Shown here: positions 35,964 through 44,542 of the stretch, piece by piece
Position numbering within the stretch: position 1 is the first letter of the stretch
Layout of the letters: each line of letters opens with the position of its first letter
Source of the DNA: Minisyncoccota bacterium
GTDB lineage: Bacteria; Patescibacteriota; Minisyncoccia; Phycocordibacterales; UBA9973
NCBI GenBank assembly: GCA_041664745.1
Contig: JBAYKD010000001.1
Span: forward strand, 27,097 to 91,096
DNA length: 64,000 nt
Reading direction: 5' to 3'
Notes under the pieces: generated by a model
Database searches by the model: none
Seen by the model: only the letters and a program-made list of their open reading frames with translations
Told to the model about the DNA's origin: nothing
Program-made: the position numbers and the translations under genes

Positions 35964-35971
35964 GAGAATAA
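35885..35971 (+). pseudogene. lysS: displaced original 3' end of lysS (..GIDRLVAIFTEQKNLRDVIFFPIMKPRE*)
   Basis: Reads in the LysRS frame to a TAA at 35969-35971 and is followed by a terminator. Confidence 0.8.
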
Positions 35972-35994
35972 ACAATAATACAATATAAAATGTG

Positions 35995-36031
35995 AAAAGG
36001 CTGTGTCTTTGGAAAGACGCAGCCTTTTTTT
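35995..36031 (+). terminator. presumed original lysS terminator
   Basis: GGCTGTGTCTTT-gg-AAAGACGCAGCC stem followed by a T7 run. Confidence 0.75.
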
Positions 36032-36274
36032 GTTCATGTTCTTTTATTGAGAGAACCCACTATGTAGTATGGCCTCATTTTGCTTGAATAGAGACTCCTA
36101 TAGAGTTACATTTGTTGCCGAAGTTTTCTTATCAGCAGCTAACTACTATATATTCCCCAATATGGTGGTTGCTTTTTTAGTATCAACCTGCCATTAAAGA
36201 ACCTAATTGATTTGATATTAGAACAATGTAGTAAATAAGTCAAATTTTAGGGGTAAAAAGTTATGCACAGTTTT

Positions 36275-36340
36275 GTGGGGGAAGAGTATTGCATTGTGGG
36301 ATAGAGTGGTTTATAATAGAAGCAGGTGGGATAAAGTGGG
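36275..36340 (+). promoter_or_regulatory. candidate MraZ operator: five GTGG(G/T) boxes in helical phase around a TATAAT box
   Basis: Boxes start at 36275, 36296, 36306, 36326 and 36336. TATAAT at 36312-36317. Confidence 0.6.
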
Positions 36341-36353
36341 TTAAATAAATTTT

Positions 36354-36788
36354 ATGTTAATTGGAGAATATACACACACATTAGATGATAAAAACAGAAT
36401 GTCATTACCTGTTAAATTCCGAAAGGAGATGGGGAAGAGTATTGTTGTTGCTCCAGGACTTGATAATTGTCTTTCAATTTTTACAACGAAAGAATGGCAA
36501 AAAGTTTCTGCCAAATTGTCCGACTCGTCCATGCTTACAACAGATAATAGAAGTTTCTCGAGATTTATGTTTGGTCAGGCTGTAATTGTAGATGTAGATG
36601 CAAATGGCCGAATACTAATCCCGGAAAATTTAAAAATAAGATCCAATCTTGCAACCAAGGTGGTTGTTATCGGCGTGCAGAATCGTGCAGAAATCTGGAA
36701 CGAGAAAGCTTGGAATGATTATAAGAAAGTTGTTGAGACACAGGCTGACGCCCTCGCTGATAAATTAGGGCAGATAGGAGTTCTTTAA
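36354..36788 (+). CDS. mraZ: transcriptional regulator MraZ
   Basis: 144 aa. LIGEYTHTLDDKNRMSLPVKFR and a second SpoVT/AbrB-like half with GRILIPENL. Confidence 0.93.
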   Translation: MLIGEYTHTLDDKNRMSLPVKFRKEMGKSIVVAPGLDNCLSIFTTKEWQKVSAKLSDSSMLTTDNRSFSRFMFGQAVIVDVDANGRILIPENLKIRSNLATKVVVIGVQNRAEIWNEKAWNDYKKVVETQADALADKLGQIGVL

Positions 36789-36789
36789 T

Positions 36790-37683
36790 ATGACACATAT
36801 ACCAGTATTGAAAGATGAATCTATAGATGGTCTCGCAATCAAAAATGCAGACACAATAGTAGATGGAACTTTAGGTGGTGGGGGGCATACCTTTGAAATG
36901 ATCAAACGTTACGGTAATAGTATAAAAATCATTGGTCTTGACCTTGATATAGATGCAAAAAGCAGAACTGAAATTCTAATAGGTGATACTCCTTCCGATT
37001 TTGTTTTTGCAAATAGTGGATTCCAAGACATCGATAAAGTTCTAAGTGATTTGAAAATCGAGAACGTAGATGGAATATTGCTCGACTTGGGTATAAGTTC
37101 TTTTCAACTAGAAGTCGCAGGAAGGGGATTCTCATTCTTGAAAGATGAACCACTTTTGATGACTATGAAGAAAGAACCAACAGAAGAAGATCTAACAGCC
37201 AAGGAAATAGTGAATACTTGGGATGAGGAGAATATAGCAGACATCATTTATGGTTTTGGCGAAGAAAAATATTCACGAAAGATAGCTAAGAAGATAATTG
37301 AGAGTAGAAAAGAAAAAGAGATTGAGACAACATTTGATTTGGTGAAGATTATACAGGATGCAGTCGGAGGGTATTATAAGGGGTTAAGAATCCATCCAGC
37401 CACTCGCACCTTCCAAGCATTACGCATAGCTACAAATAGTGAACTTTCAAATTTAGAGGAAGTTTTAGATAAAGGATTTAATTGTTTGAAGAAAGGAGGG
37501 CATATGTCAGTTATTAGCTTTCATAGCTTAGAAGATAGGATTGTGAAAAGAGCCTTTGTAGGATTAAAAGAAAAAGGCTTAGCGAAAATTATAAACAAAA
37601 AGCCAATAATACCAACAGAAGAAGAGCTAAGATCAAACCCTCGTTCACGCAGTGCAAAATTAAGATTATTAGAAAAAATATAA
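36790..37683 (+). CDS. rsmH: 16S rRNA (cytosine1402-N4)-methyltransferase RsmH
   Basis: 297 aa. HIPVL, DGTLGGGGH, DLGISSFQL, SFHSLEDRIVK. Confidence 0.94.
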   Translation: MTHIPVLKDESIDGLAIKNADTIVDGTLGGGGHTFEMIKRYGNSIKIIGLDLDIDAKSRTEILIGDTPSDFVFANSGFQDIDKVLSDLKIENVDGILLDLGISSFQLEVAGRGFSFLKDEPLLMTMKKEPTEEDLTAKEIVNTWDEENIADIIYGFGEEKYSRKIAKKIIESRKEKEIETTFDLVKIIQDAVGGYYKGLRIHPATRTFQALRIATNSELSNLEEVLDKGFNCLKKGGHMSVISFHSLEDRIVKRAFVGLKEKGLAKIINKKPIIPTEEELRSNPRSRSAKLRLLEKI

Positions 37684-37696
37684 TATAAAACAAAAT

Positions 37697-38020
37697 ATGA
37701 GCAAAACAAAAGCAATAGCAAATGATATAGTAGTAAACACAAACACACAGAGAGTTTTATTTAATATACTTTTGGGCTCTCTTTTGTCATTTTTTATTGT
37801 TTATATATATATTATCGGATCTATTACTTTTAATGTTATTGCTCGTAAATCGCTTGAAAATACTGAAAGAATCTTAGGTAGTAACATAAGTAATTTAGAA
37901 TTAACTTATTTAAGTAACATAAATGAAGTGAACAAAACACGAGCAGAATCATTAGGCTTCGTAGATACAAAATCAAACATTTTTGCTACTAGATCTATTA
38001 CTCATGTTGCTATACGCTAA
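37697..38020 (+). CDS. FtsL-like small bitopic membrane protein (assigned by position)
   Basis: 107 aa with a single TM, between rsmH and the division PBP. Confidence 0.55.
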   Translation: MSKTKAIANDIVVNTNTQRVLFNILLGSLLSFFIVYIYIIGSITFNVIARKSLENTERILGSNISNLELTYLSNINEVNKTRAESLGFVDTKSNIFATRSITHVAIR

Positions 38021-39729
38021 TGAATCTCTCATCGTTCCACTCTCGAATAATAATAGTATCAATTTGTATTTTCTGTTTCGCTAGTATATTAATAGGGAAA
38101 CTTTTTTATGTTCAGATAGTACATAAGAATTTATATATAGACAAAGCTGATAGGCAGTACTCTACTCCTACCAGTAATATTTTTGATCGTGGATCAATCT
38201 TTTTTACTAAGAAGGATGGCTCATTAGTTGCCGGAGCAACTGTCTCATCTGGATTCAAAATTGCAATTAATGCAAAGAATATAGTTGATGCGGAAATGAC
38301 TTATCAAGCTCTTGACCCATATACGGAGATGGATCATGACACTTTTATATTAAAAGCCAATAAAAAAACTGATCCATATGAAGAAGTTGCTTTTCACCTA
38401 ACAAAGGAACAAGTAACAGAAATAGATAATTTAAAACTTCCCGGAGTTTCTATATATAAAGATAATTGGAGATTTTATCCAGGCGAGACTCTGGCTTCGC
38501 ATACACTCGGATTTCTAGCTTATAAAGGGGATGATAAAGTGGGGCAGTATGGTCTTGAACGTTCTTATAATGATATTCTATCAAAACCTCAAAATGATAC
38601 TTATGTGAATTTCTTTGCGGAAGTATTTTCAAATATTAAAAATTCAGTTTTAAATGTAAAAAAACAAGGTGACATAGTGACGACAATAGAACCCGCTGTA
38701 CAAGATACATTAGAATCTGAACTTAGAGATGCATTTTCAAAATGGACTCCAGATATTGCTGGTGGAATAATTATGAATCCACAAACAGGGGAGATATATG
38801 CGATAGCCGGAATGCCTGATTTTGATTTAAATAAATTTGGGGAAGTCAAAGATCCGAGTGTATATAGAAATATAATGGTTGAAGATGTTTTAGAATTTGG
38901 CTCAGTTATCAAACCTCTTGTAATGTCAGCAGCATTGGACGCAGGGGCTGTTACACCAGAGACAACATATCTTGATAAGGGCGTCGTAACAGTCGATAAA
39001 AAAGGTATTTATAATTTTGATAAAAAAGGACGAGGAACTGTTTCCATGCAGTCGGTATTAGATCAATCATTAAATACAGGAATGGTTTTCACTGAAAATA
39101 AATTAGGTCACGATAAATTTCGCACATATATGAAGTCTTATGGGATAGGAGAGAAGACTGGAATAGATCTACCAAACGAGACAAGTGGATTAATTAAGAA
39201 CTTAGATAGTCCAAGAAACATAGAATATGCCAATGCTTCATTTGGACAAGGTATAGCCCTTACTCCTATTGAAGCAGTGCGTGCCTTCTCAATAATAGCT
39301 AATGGTGGTAATATGATAACGCCACACTTAGTTAAACAGATTAGGTACGACGATGGAACTTATGAAAATAAGGATTATGGAGTGACATCTTCTTCTGTAA
39401 TAAAAAAGGAGACGTCGGTAACTATTTCTAGAATGTTGGCTCATGTTTTTGAGGCATATGACAGTGGAGCACATAAATTTGAACATTATACCGTAGCGGC
39501 AAAAACAGGAACTGCTCAAGTGGCCATGGATAATGGTAAGGGATACTATCCTGATCGCCATACACACTCATTCTTTGGATACTTTCCAGCTTATGATCCG
39601 CAGTTTCTAGTCTTTCTCTTTTTAAAGAATCCTAAAGGAGTAGAGTATGCATCGCAGAGTTTGATCCCACCATTCATGAACATAACAAAGTTTTTATTAA
39701 ATTATTATAACGTACCACCAGATCGCTAA
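38020..39729 (+). CDS. ftsI: penicillin-binding protein (FtsI/PBP3-like transpeptidase)
   Basis: 569 aa. GSVIKP (SxxK), SLNTG (SxN), KTGTAQ. Confidence 0.88.
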   Translation: MNLSSFHSRIIIVSICIFCFASILIGKLFYVQIVHKNLYIDKADRQYSTPTSNIFDRGSIFFTKKDGSLVAGATVSSGFKIAINAKNIVDAEMTYQALDPYTEMDHDTFILKANKKTDPYEEVAFHLTKEQVTEIDNLKLPGVSIYKDNWRFYPGETLASHTLGFLAYKGDDKVGQYGLERSYNDILSKPQNDTYVNFFAEVFSNIKNSVLNVKKQGDIVTTIEPAVQDTLESELRDAFSKWTPDIAGGIIMNPQTGEIYAIAGMPDFDLNKFGEVKDPSVYRNIMVEDVLEFGSVIKPLVMSAALDAGAVTPETTYLDKGVVTVDKKGIYNFDKKGRGTVSMQSVLDQSLNTGMVFTENKLGHDKFRTYMKSYGIGEKTGIDLPNETSGLIKNLDSPRNIEYANASFGQGIALTPIEAVRAFSIIANGGNMITPHLVKQIRYDDGTYENKDYGVTSSSVIKKETSVTISRMLAHVFEAYDSGAHKFEHYTVAAKTGTAQVAMDNGKGYYPDRHTHSFFGYFPAYDPQFLVFLFLKNPKGVEYASQSLIPPFMNITKFLLNYYNVPPDR

Positions 39730-39730
39730 G

Positions 39731-41035
39731 ATGAAAAATTTATTCAAAAAAATAATAGTCAGTATTCTCACTTGGCAAGCTAGAATTGTTCTTAAAAAAT
39801 ACAAACCGAAGATCATTGCTATTACAGGCTCAGTAGGGAAGACTTCTACAAAAGATGCTATTTTTACAGTGCTTTCTAAATTCAAAACAGTTAGAAAAAG
39901 TGAGAAGAGTTTTAATAGCGAGATAGGTTTACCTCTCACTATTTTGGGGATACCAAATGGTTGGAGCAATCCTGTTATATGGATTGAGAATATAGTGCGT
40001 GGTTTCTCTTTGATTTTATGGAAAAAGTCTTATCCAGAATATTTGATTTTAGAAGTTGGTGTTGGTAAACCAGGAGATATAAAGAAAAATGTTGCTCCTT
40101 GGCTTGCACCTGATATCGTCGTCATTACTCGCTTCCCTGATAAACCTGTACATGTAGAGTTCTTTGATAGTGTAGATAAAATTGTTGAGGAGAAAAGTGC
40201 CTTAGCTTTTGCCTTGAAAAAAGATGGTTTATTGATTCTAAATCATGATGACGAGAAAGTTTATGCTATTCATACCAAGGCGAATCGTCGCACTGTGTCT
40301 TATGGTACGAACAGCAATGCGACTTATAAAGCAACTTACACTTCCTATATAAATACCACAGATACAAATGGAGATGAGATTACTCGTGGTATAAGCTTCA
40401 AACTTGAGCATAATGGACATACTTTCCCAATAATACTACCGAATATAATAGGAATGCATTATATTGATTCAGTTTTGGCAGCGCTTGCTTGTTCTATGGA
40501 GCTTGGTTGTGATTTACTTTTGTCTATTGGTTATATAAGTGAATATAATACTCCTCCTGGTAGATTATCTTTAATCGAAGGAGTAAATAATTCTACTATT
40601 ATAGATGATACTTATAATTCCTCGCCGGTCGCTGCTATTGCCGCTCTCAATGTTTTGAAAGAAATGAAAAGTAAGAGGAAAATTGCCGTACTAGGGGATA
40701 TGCTTGAATTAGGAAAATTTACAGAAGAAGAACACCATATACTTGGTGAGAAAGTATCTCATGTCGCCGACATGTTGATTTTAGTTGGGCCAAGAGCAAA
40801 ATTTATTGCGGATGGTGCACTTGAGAGTGGATTTAATATTAAAAATTTATATAGTTTTGATTCATCTAAAACAGCTGCTAAATTCTTGAGTGGAGTGGTA
40901 GAGAAAGGGGATTTGGTCTTGGTGAAAGGTTCCCAAGGAGTACGATTAGAACGAGCTGTAGAGGCCATAATGGCCCACCCAGAGCTTAAGAATAAACTCT
41001 TATGTAGACAAGAGCGTGAATGGCAAAATAGATAG
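39731..41035 (+). CDS. murF: UDP-N-acetylmuramoyl-tripeptide--D-alanyl-D-alanine ligase
   Basis: 434 aa. ITGSVGKTSTKD, DDTYNSSP, VLGDMLELG. Confidence 0.92.
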   Translation: MKNLFKKIIVSILTWQARIVLKKYKPKIIAITGSVGKTSTKDAIFTVLSKFKTVRKSEKSFNSEIGLPLTILGIPNGWSNPVIWIENIVRGFSLILWKKSYPEYLILEVGVGKPGDIKKNVAPWLAPDIVVITRFPDKPVHVEFFDSVDKIVEEKSALAFALKKDGLLILNHDDEKVYAIHTKANRRTVSYGTNSNATYKATYTSYINTTDTNGDEITRGISFKLEHNGHTFPIILPNIIGMHYIDSVLAALACSMELGCDLLLSIGYISEYNTPPGRLSLIEGVNNSTIIDDTYNSSPVAAIAALNVLKEMKSKRKIAVLGDMLELGKFTEEEHHILGEKVSHVADMLILVGPRAKFIADGALESGFNIKNLYSFDSSKTAAKFLSGVVEKGDLVLVKGSQGVRLERAVEAIMAHPELKNKLLCRQEREWQNR

Positions 41036-41214
41036 TTTGCACAGGTTGGAGCTGTGAAAGTTGACTTTAGTTTTTTAATATGCAAATATGAGAATATGTC
41101 ACTTATTAGTAAAAATCAAAATTTAAATAAGAGCTTCTGGGGAAGTTTCTATTTCTATACTTTCAATTTGAAGGTTGATTTTTGTTAATAAAATTCTCGA
41201 ACTAATTTTTTATT

Positions 41215-41246
41215 AAAAACCAGCTTTCAAACGAAAGCTGGTTTTT
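41215..41246. terminator. bidirectional terminator
   Basis: 14-nt arms AAAAACCAGCTTTC / GAAAGCTGGTTTTT. Confidence 0.75.
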
Positions 41247-41305
41247 AATTTAGTTCTTTCAAATATAAATATAAATAAATTTTTAATTTTTTTAATCAAT
41301 TAATT

Positions 41306-41470
41306 ATGGAAACAAAAAGAATTAATGGCTATCTTTATATGGTAGCAGTAGACCCTTCAACAAGATTAGAGTCAGGAATACAAGAAGAACAACTAAGTGC
41401 TGAAGAGTATTTAGCTTCTAAGGGAATTCCAGATAATGAAATTAGAAAAATAATAATAGAATCAGAATAG
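41306..41470 (+). CDS. hypothetical 54-aa acidic protein
   Basis: ATG ORF METKRINGYLYMVAVDPSTRLESGIQEEQLSAEEYLASKGIPDNEIRKIIIESE*, sitting between two terminator-like hairpins. Not in the ORF track. Confidence 0.4.
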   Translation: METKRINGYLYMVAVDPSTRLESGIQEEQLSAEEYLASKGIPDNEIRKIIIESE

Positions 41471-41547
41471 GTTTCTATTAAAGCATTGCCTTAATTGGCG
41501 TAAATTATTAAAGCACTCTCGGGGAACTGAGATGCTTTTTTATTTTG

Positions 41548-41619
41548 TGACCCTACAGAGAATCGAACTCTGATTTTATCCTTGAGAAGGATACGTCCTA
41601 ACCGTTAGACGATAAGGCC
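41548..41619 (-). tRNA. tRNA-Glu (anticodon CUC)
   Basis: 72-nt cloverleaf on the minus strand: GGCCTTA/TAGGGTC (two G-U pairs), D region TCGTCTAACGGTTAGGACG, anticodon arm TATCC-TTCTCAA-GGATA, T arm CAGAG-TTCGATT-CTCTG. Confidence 0.85.
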
Positions 41620-41733
41620 AATAACAATACTCTTATAAAGTACCAGAAAAATGGCTTTTTTACAAGAAAATTCATTGCTAATTTAATGGGATTATTATAG
41701 AATAATATTGAAGAATAAGGATAATATGTCCTA

Positions 41734-41762
41734 TTGACAAATGCCCAAAATAGTGATATACT
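41734..41762 (+). promoter_or_regulatory. near-consensus promoter TTGACA-17-TGaTATACT
   Basis: -35 at 41734-41739, -10 at 41757-41762. Confidence 0.6.
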
Positions 41763-41780
41763 ATACACAAATTCGTTGAG

Positions 41781-41840
41781 TTAGTTTTTGGTTTGTTTGA
41801 GTAGATTAATATTAGTCTTTTCAAACAAACTGAAAACTAA
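41781..41840. repeat. 60-nt near-perfect inverted repeat in the 5' UTR of the 41864 gene
   Basis: 25 of 30 positions pair, including 8-bp TTAGTTTT/AAAACTAA and 10-bp GTTTGTTTGA/TCAAACAAAC blocks. Confidence 0.7.
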
Positions 41841-41863
41841 TCATTCATTTAAAATTCAATTTT

Positions 41864-42286
41864 ATGAAAACAAACATTTTTTTTCTTTTAGGAAGTGTAG
41901 GTATCATTGCTCAAGTTTTACGGGTCATAATGGATCCTATCAGAGCTCATGAGTGGAGCAGGTTCGGATTACTCTTACTCGTGATCGTTCTATGTTCTAT
42001 GTTGGCTTGGTACCTAATCAAACAAATTTGGTCAGAAATGAAAAAAATCAGCATAACGAAATCTTTGCTGGAAAATTACAAAAAAGACAAAGTTGTTTGG
42101 AAATTCATTTTTTTCGCCCTAGTGTTGCTATCAACAGCAGAAAGTACAATTGAAGCGCTTATTAATTTAAACACTTCTACGCAAGCATTCGTTTTATATG
42201 CTTTGGATGCAAATTGTATTTTTTTGGTCATATGCTATTGGCCAAGCGTTAGAAAAAGAATTGAAGAAATACCTGATACAAAATAA
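41864..42286 (+). CDS. hypothetical membrane protein
   Basis: 140-aa ORF with about four TM helices. Confidence 0.6.
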   Translation: MKTNIFFLLGSVGIIAQVLRVIMDPIRAHEWSRFGLLLLVIVLCSMLAWYLIKQIWSEMKKISITKSLLENYKKDKVVWKFIFFALVLLSTAESTIEALINLNTSTQAFVLYALDANCIFLVICYWPSVRKRIEEIPDTK

Positions 42287-42312
42287 TTGTTAAAGGTAAA
42301 GAATTAGAAAAG

Positions 42313-42351
42313 ATCCCGCATATTTGTAATATAATATGTGGGATTTTTTTG
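42313..42351 (+). terminator. rho-independent terminator
   Basis: 11-bp stem ATCCCGCATAT/ATATGTGGGAT followed by a T7 run. Confidence 0.75.
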
Positions 42352-42360
42352 TGCTTTTTA

Positions 42361-42369
42361 TGCTATAAT
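42361..42369 (+). promoter_or_regulatory. extended -10 box TGcTATAAT, 8 nt before the rsmI ATG
   Basis: Sequence motif. Confidence 0.55.
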
Positions 42370-42377
42370 ATACACCT

Positions 42378-43073
42378 ATGATAGATAGCGATATAGGCAC
42401 TTTATATATAGTAGCGACGCCAATAGGGAATTTGGAGGATATTACTTTGCGAGCCTTACGTATCCTTAAAGAAGTGGATTATATTTTATGTGAAGATACT
42501 CGGACGACCCAAGTCTTACTCAATAAGTACGAGATCAAGACAAAGACGATGAGTTATCACGCTCACAGTACTGATAATAAAGAATCGGTGATAATTAATT
42601 TATTAAAAAATGGCAAGAATTTAGCTCTAGTTTCCGACGCAGGGACGCCTTGCATTTCTGATCCAGGAGTCATGCTTGTCGCCAATATAAGAAAGGAGTT
42701 TGGTGATCAAGCCTTAGTCTCTCCAATTCCAGGAGCTAGTGCTCTAGTCTCTGCACTTTCTGCGAGTGGTGTATCTTCTGCAGAATTTGTATTTCTTGGA
42801 TTCTTACCTCACAAAAAAGGAAGGGAGACATTATTTAAAGAGATTGGTAATAGCAAAAGAGTAATAGTTTTCTATGAATCAACTCACAGAATTTTAAAAA
42901 CACTTGCATCCCTTATCAAATATGCTCCAAAGTTCAAAATAGTAATAGGTAGGGAACTTACAAAGCAATTCGAACAATTTGTTGAAGGTACACCCGCCGA
43001 AGTTTTGGAGTATTTTACTAAGAATACAGACAAACAAAGAGGTGAATTTGTGGTTATTGTGGAGCCTAAGTAA
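42378..43073 (+). CDS. rsmI: 16S rRNA (cytidine1402-2'-O)-methyltransferase RsmI
   Basis: 231 aa. GTLYIVATPIGNLEDITLRALRILKEVDYILCEDTR, SDAGTPCISDPG. Confidence 0.92.
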   Translation: MIDSDIGTLYIVATPIGNLEDITLRALRILKEVDYILCEDTRTTQVLLNKYEIKTKTMSYHAHSTDNKESVIINLLKNGKNLALVSDAGTPCISDPGVMLVANIRKEFGDQALVSPIPGASALVSALSASGVSSAEFVFLGFLPHKKGRETLFKEIGNSKRVIVFYESTHRILKTLASLIKYAPKFKIVIGRELTKQFEQFVEGTPAEVLEYFTKNTDKQRGEFVVIVEPK

Positions 43074-43091
43074 ATAATATATAATGTGAAT

Positions 43092-43307
43092 ATGACAAAA
43101 GAACGCAAACTATTTTTAATCGGTATATGGGTAGCCATCTTGCCATTCCTTGGTTTTTTTGAAAGTTGGAGAAAAATATTATTTGTATTGACTGGTATCG
43201 GTATTATTTACTTAGCCTATTTATTTTACAACGAAGCCAAGGCGCGTAACAGTAAAGATGAAAATGTAATTAAATCATTTATAGATAATATAGGTAGCGG
43301 AGAATAA
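43092..43307 (+). CDS. hypothetical small membrane protein
   Basis: 71 aa from the ATG at 43092, which lies 6 nt after a TATAAT at 43080-43085. Two TM helices. Confidence 0.55.
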   Translation: MTKERKLFLIGIWVAILPFLGFFESWRKILFVLTGIGIIYLAYLFYNEAKARNSKDENVIKSFIDNIGSGE

Positions 43308-44524
43308 TGCGACACAAAAAATCCATCAACTTGTTCATTTTTATAATACTCGCATTACTTATTGCGGGTTCATTTATTTATTTTGTATTACCTAAATTAC
43401 AAAACCAAATAGAATATAATAGTGAAGAAATTTCACAGAAGATTTTAGATAGTGGGGAAGTTGCTAAAACAGAAAAAATTGTTGTACCAGTAGTTGTTCC
43501 AGTTATTAGCCCTATAGTGGTTACTCACATAAGTACTCCTAAAACAGTTAAGGCAGTTTATATTTCAGCATGGGTGGCTGGATCACCAAAATTTCGCGAT
43601 ACAATTATTAAAATGATAGATGATACGGAGTTGAATGCTATTGTTATTGATGTGAAGGATTCTACTGGCAGGGTTAGTTTTGATATGCCAGTTCCAGACG
43701 TGCAAAAAGAGGGTAGTATAGAAAAACGTATTTCAAACATACGCGAATTAACAGATATGCTTCACAAAAAGAATATTTATATAATAGGGCGTGTGTCTGT
43801 TTTCCAAGATCCTTACATGACGAAAAAGCATCCCGAATGGTCTGTTACAAAGAAAAGCGATGGGACTGTTTGGAAGGATCGCAAAGGTTTATCATTTCTT
43901 GATCCAGCTAAAAAGGAAGTTCATGATTATATAATTTCTGTAGCCAAAGGTGCATATGAAGAAGGTTTTGACGAACTTAATTTTGATTATATTCGTTATC
44001 CTTCCGATGGCAATATGAAAGACATCAATTATCATTTAGCAACTGGAGAAACGAGGTCAGATAATATAGAAAAGTTTTTCAAATATTTATCAACTGAGAT
44101 GAAGAAAGAAAAAAATATTCCTCTCTCGGCTGATCTATTTGGATTAACTACTGAAGCTACGGACGATATGGGTATCGGTCAAGTATGGGAGAAGGCGTTT
44201 CCTTATTTTGATTTTCTTTGTCCTATGGTTTATCCTTCTCATTATCCACCAGGTCATGCTGGCTACAAGAATCCATCGATGTATCCGTATGAAGTCATCA
44301 ATCAAGCACTTTTGGGTGCAATAAAGAAGACGGATAAAATACAAGGTGACAAGAATAAAGTGAGAGCGTGGCTTCAAGACTTTGATATGGGGACTACTTA
44401 TACCAAAGAACTTATTCAAAAAGAAATGAAAGCTGTATATGATAATGGCCTCACATCTTGGATGCTTTGGGACCCAGCGAACAAATATACTCCATCTGCA
44501 TTAGAGCTTGAATTAAAACAATAA
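43307..44524 (+). CDS. putative glycoside hydrolase (DUF4015/GHL-type TIM barrel)
   Basis: 405 aa. N-terminal TM; VKAVYISAWVAGS...NAIVIDVKDSTGRVSF; FDYIRYP. Confidence 0.7.
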   Translation: MRHKKSINLFIFIILALLIAGSFIYFVLPKLQNQIEYNSEEISQKILDSGEVAKTEKIVVPVVVPVISPIVVTHISTPKTVKAVYISAWVAGSPKFRDTIIKMIDDTELNAIVIDVKDSTGRVSFDMPVPDVQKEGSIEKRISNIRELTDMLHKKNIYIIGRVSVFQDPYMTKKHPEWSVTKKSDGTVWKDRKGLSFLDPAKKEVHDYIISVAKGAYEEGFDELNFDYIRYPSDGNMKDINYHLATGETRSDNIEKFFKYLSTEMKKEKNIPLSADLFGLTTEATDDMGIGQVWEKAFPYFDFLCPMVYPSHYPPGHAGYKNPSMYPYEVINQALLGAIKKTDKIQGDKNKVRAWLQDFDMGTTYTKELIQKEMKAVYDNGLTSWMLWDPANKYTPSALELELKQ

Positions 44525-44527
44525 TTT

Positions 44528-44536
44528 TGTCATAAT
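44528..44536 (+). promoter_or_regulatory. extended -10 box TGtCATAAT, 6 nt before the ATG at 44543
   Basis: Sequence motif. Confidence 0.45.
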
Positions 44537-44542
44537 AAATAT

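Noticed and set aside
34497-36037. Two similar minus-strand ORFs (34497..34706 and 35801..36037), both containing RFHYGKENHIT..LLGKYCHQAINT. At first sight they looked like a duplicated small gene.
   Set aside because: They are the antisense reading of the duplicated lysS 3' end. The real signal is the plus-strand 79-nt direct repeat reported as a finding.
36060-36200. A 41-aa hydrophobic ATG ORF (MASFCLNRDSYRVTFVAEVFLSAANYYIFPNMVVAFLVSTCH) and a weak hairpin in the lysS-mraZ spacer.
   Set aside because: It has no promoter-like box at the usual distance and no recognisable motif, and its composition is atypical. It may be leftover sequence from the rearranged lysS downstream region, so I do not call it.
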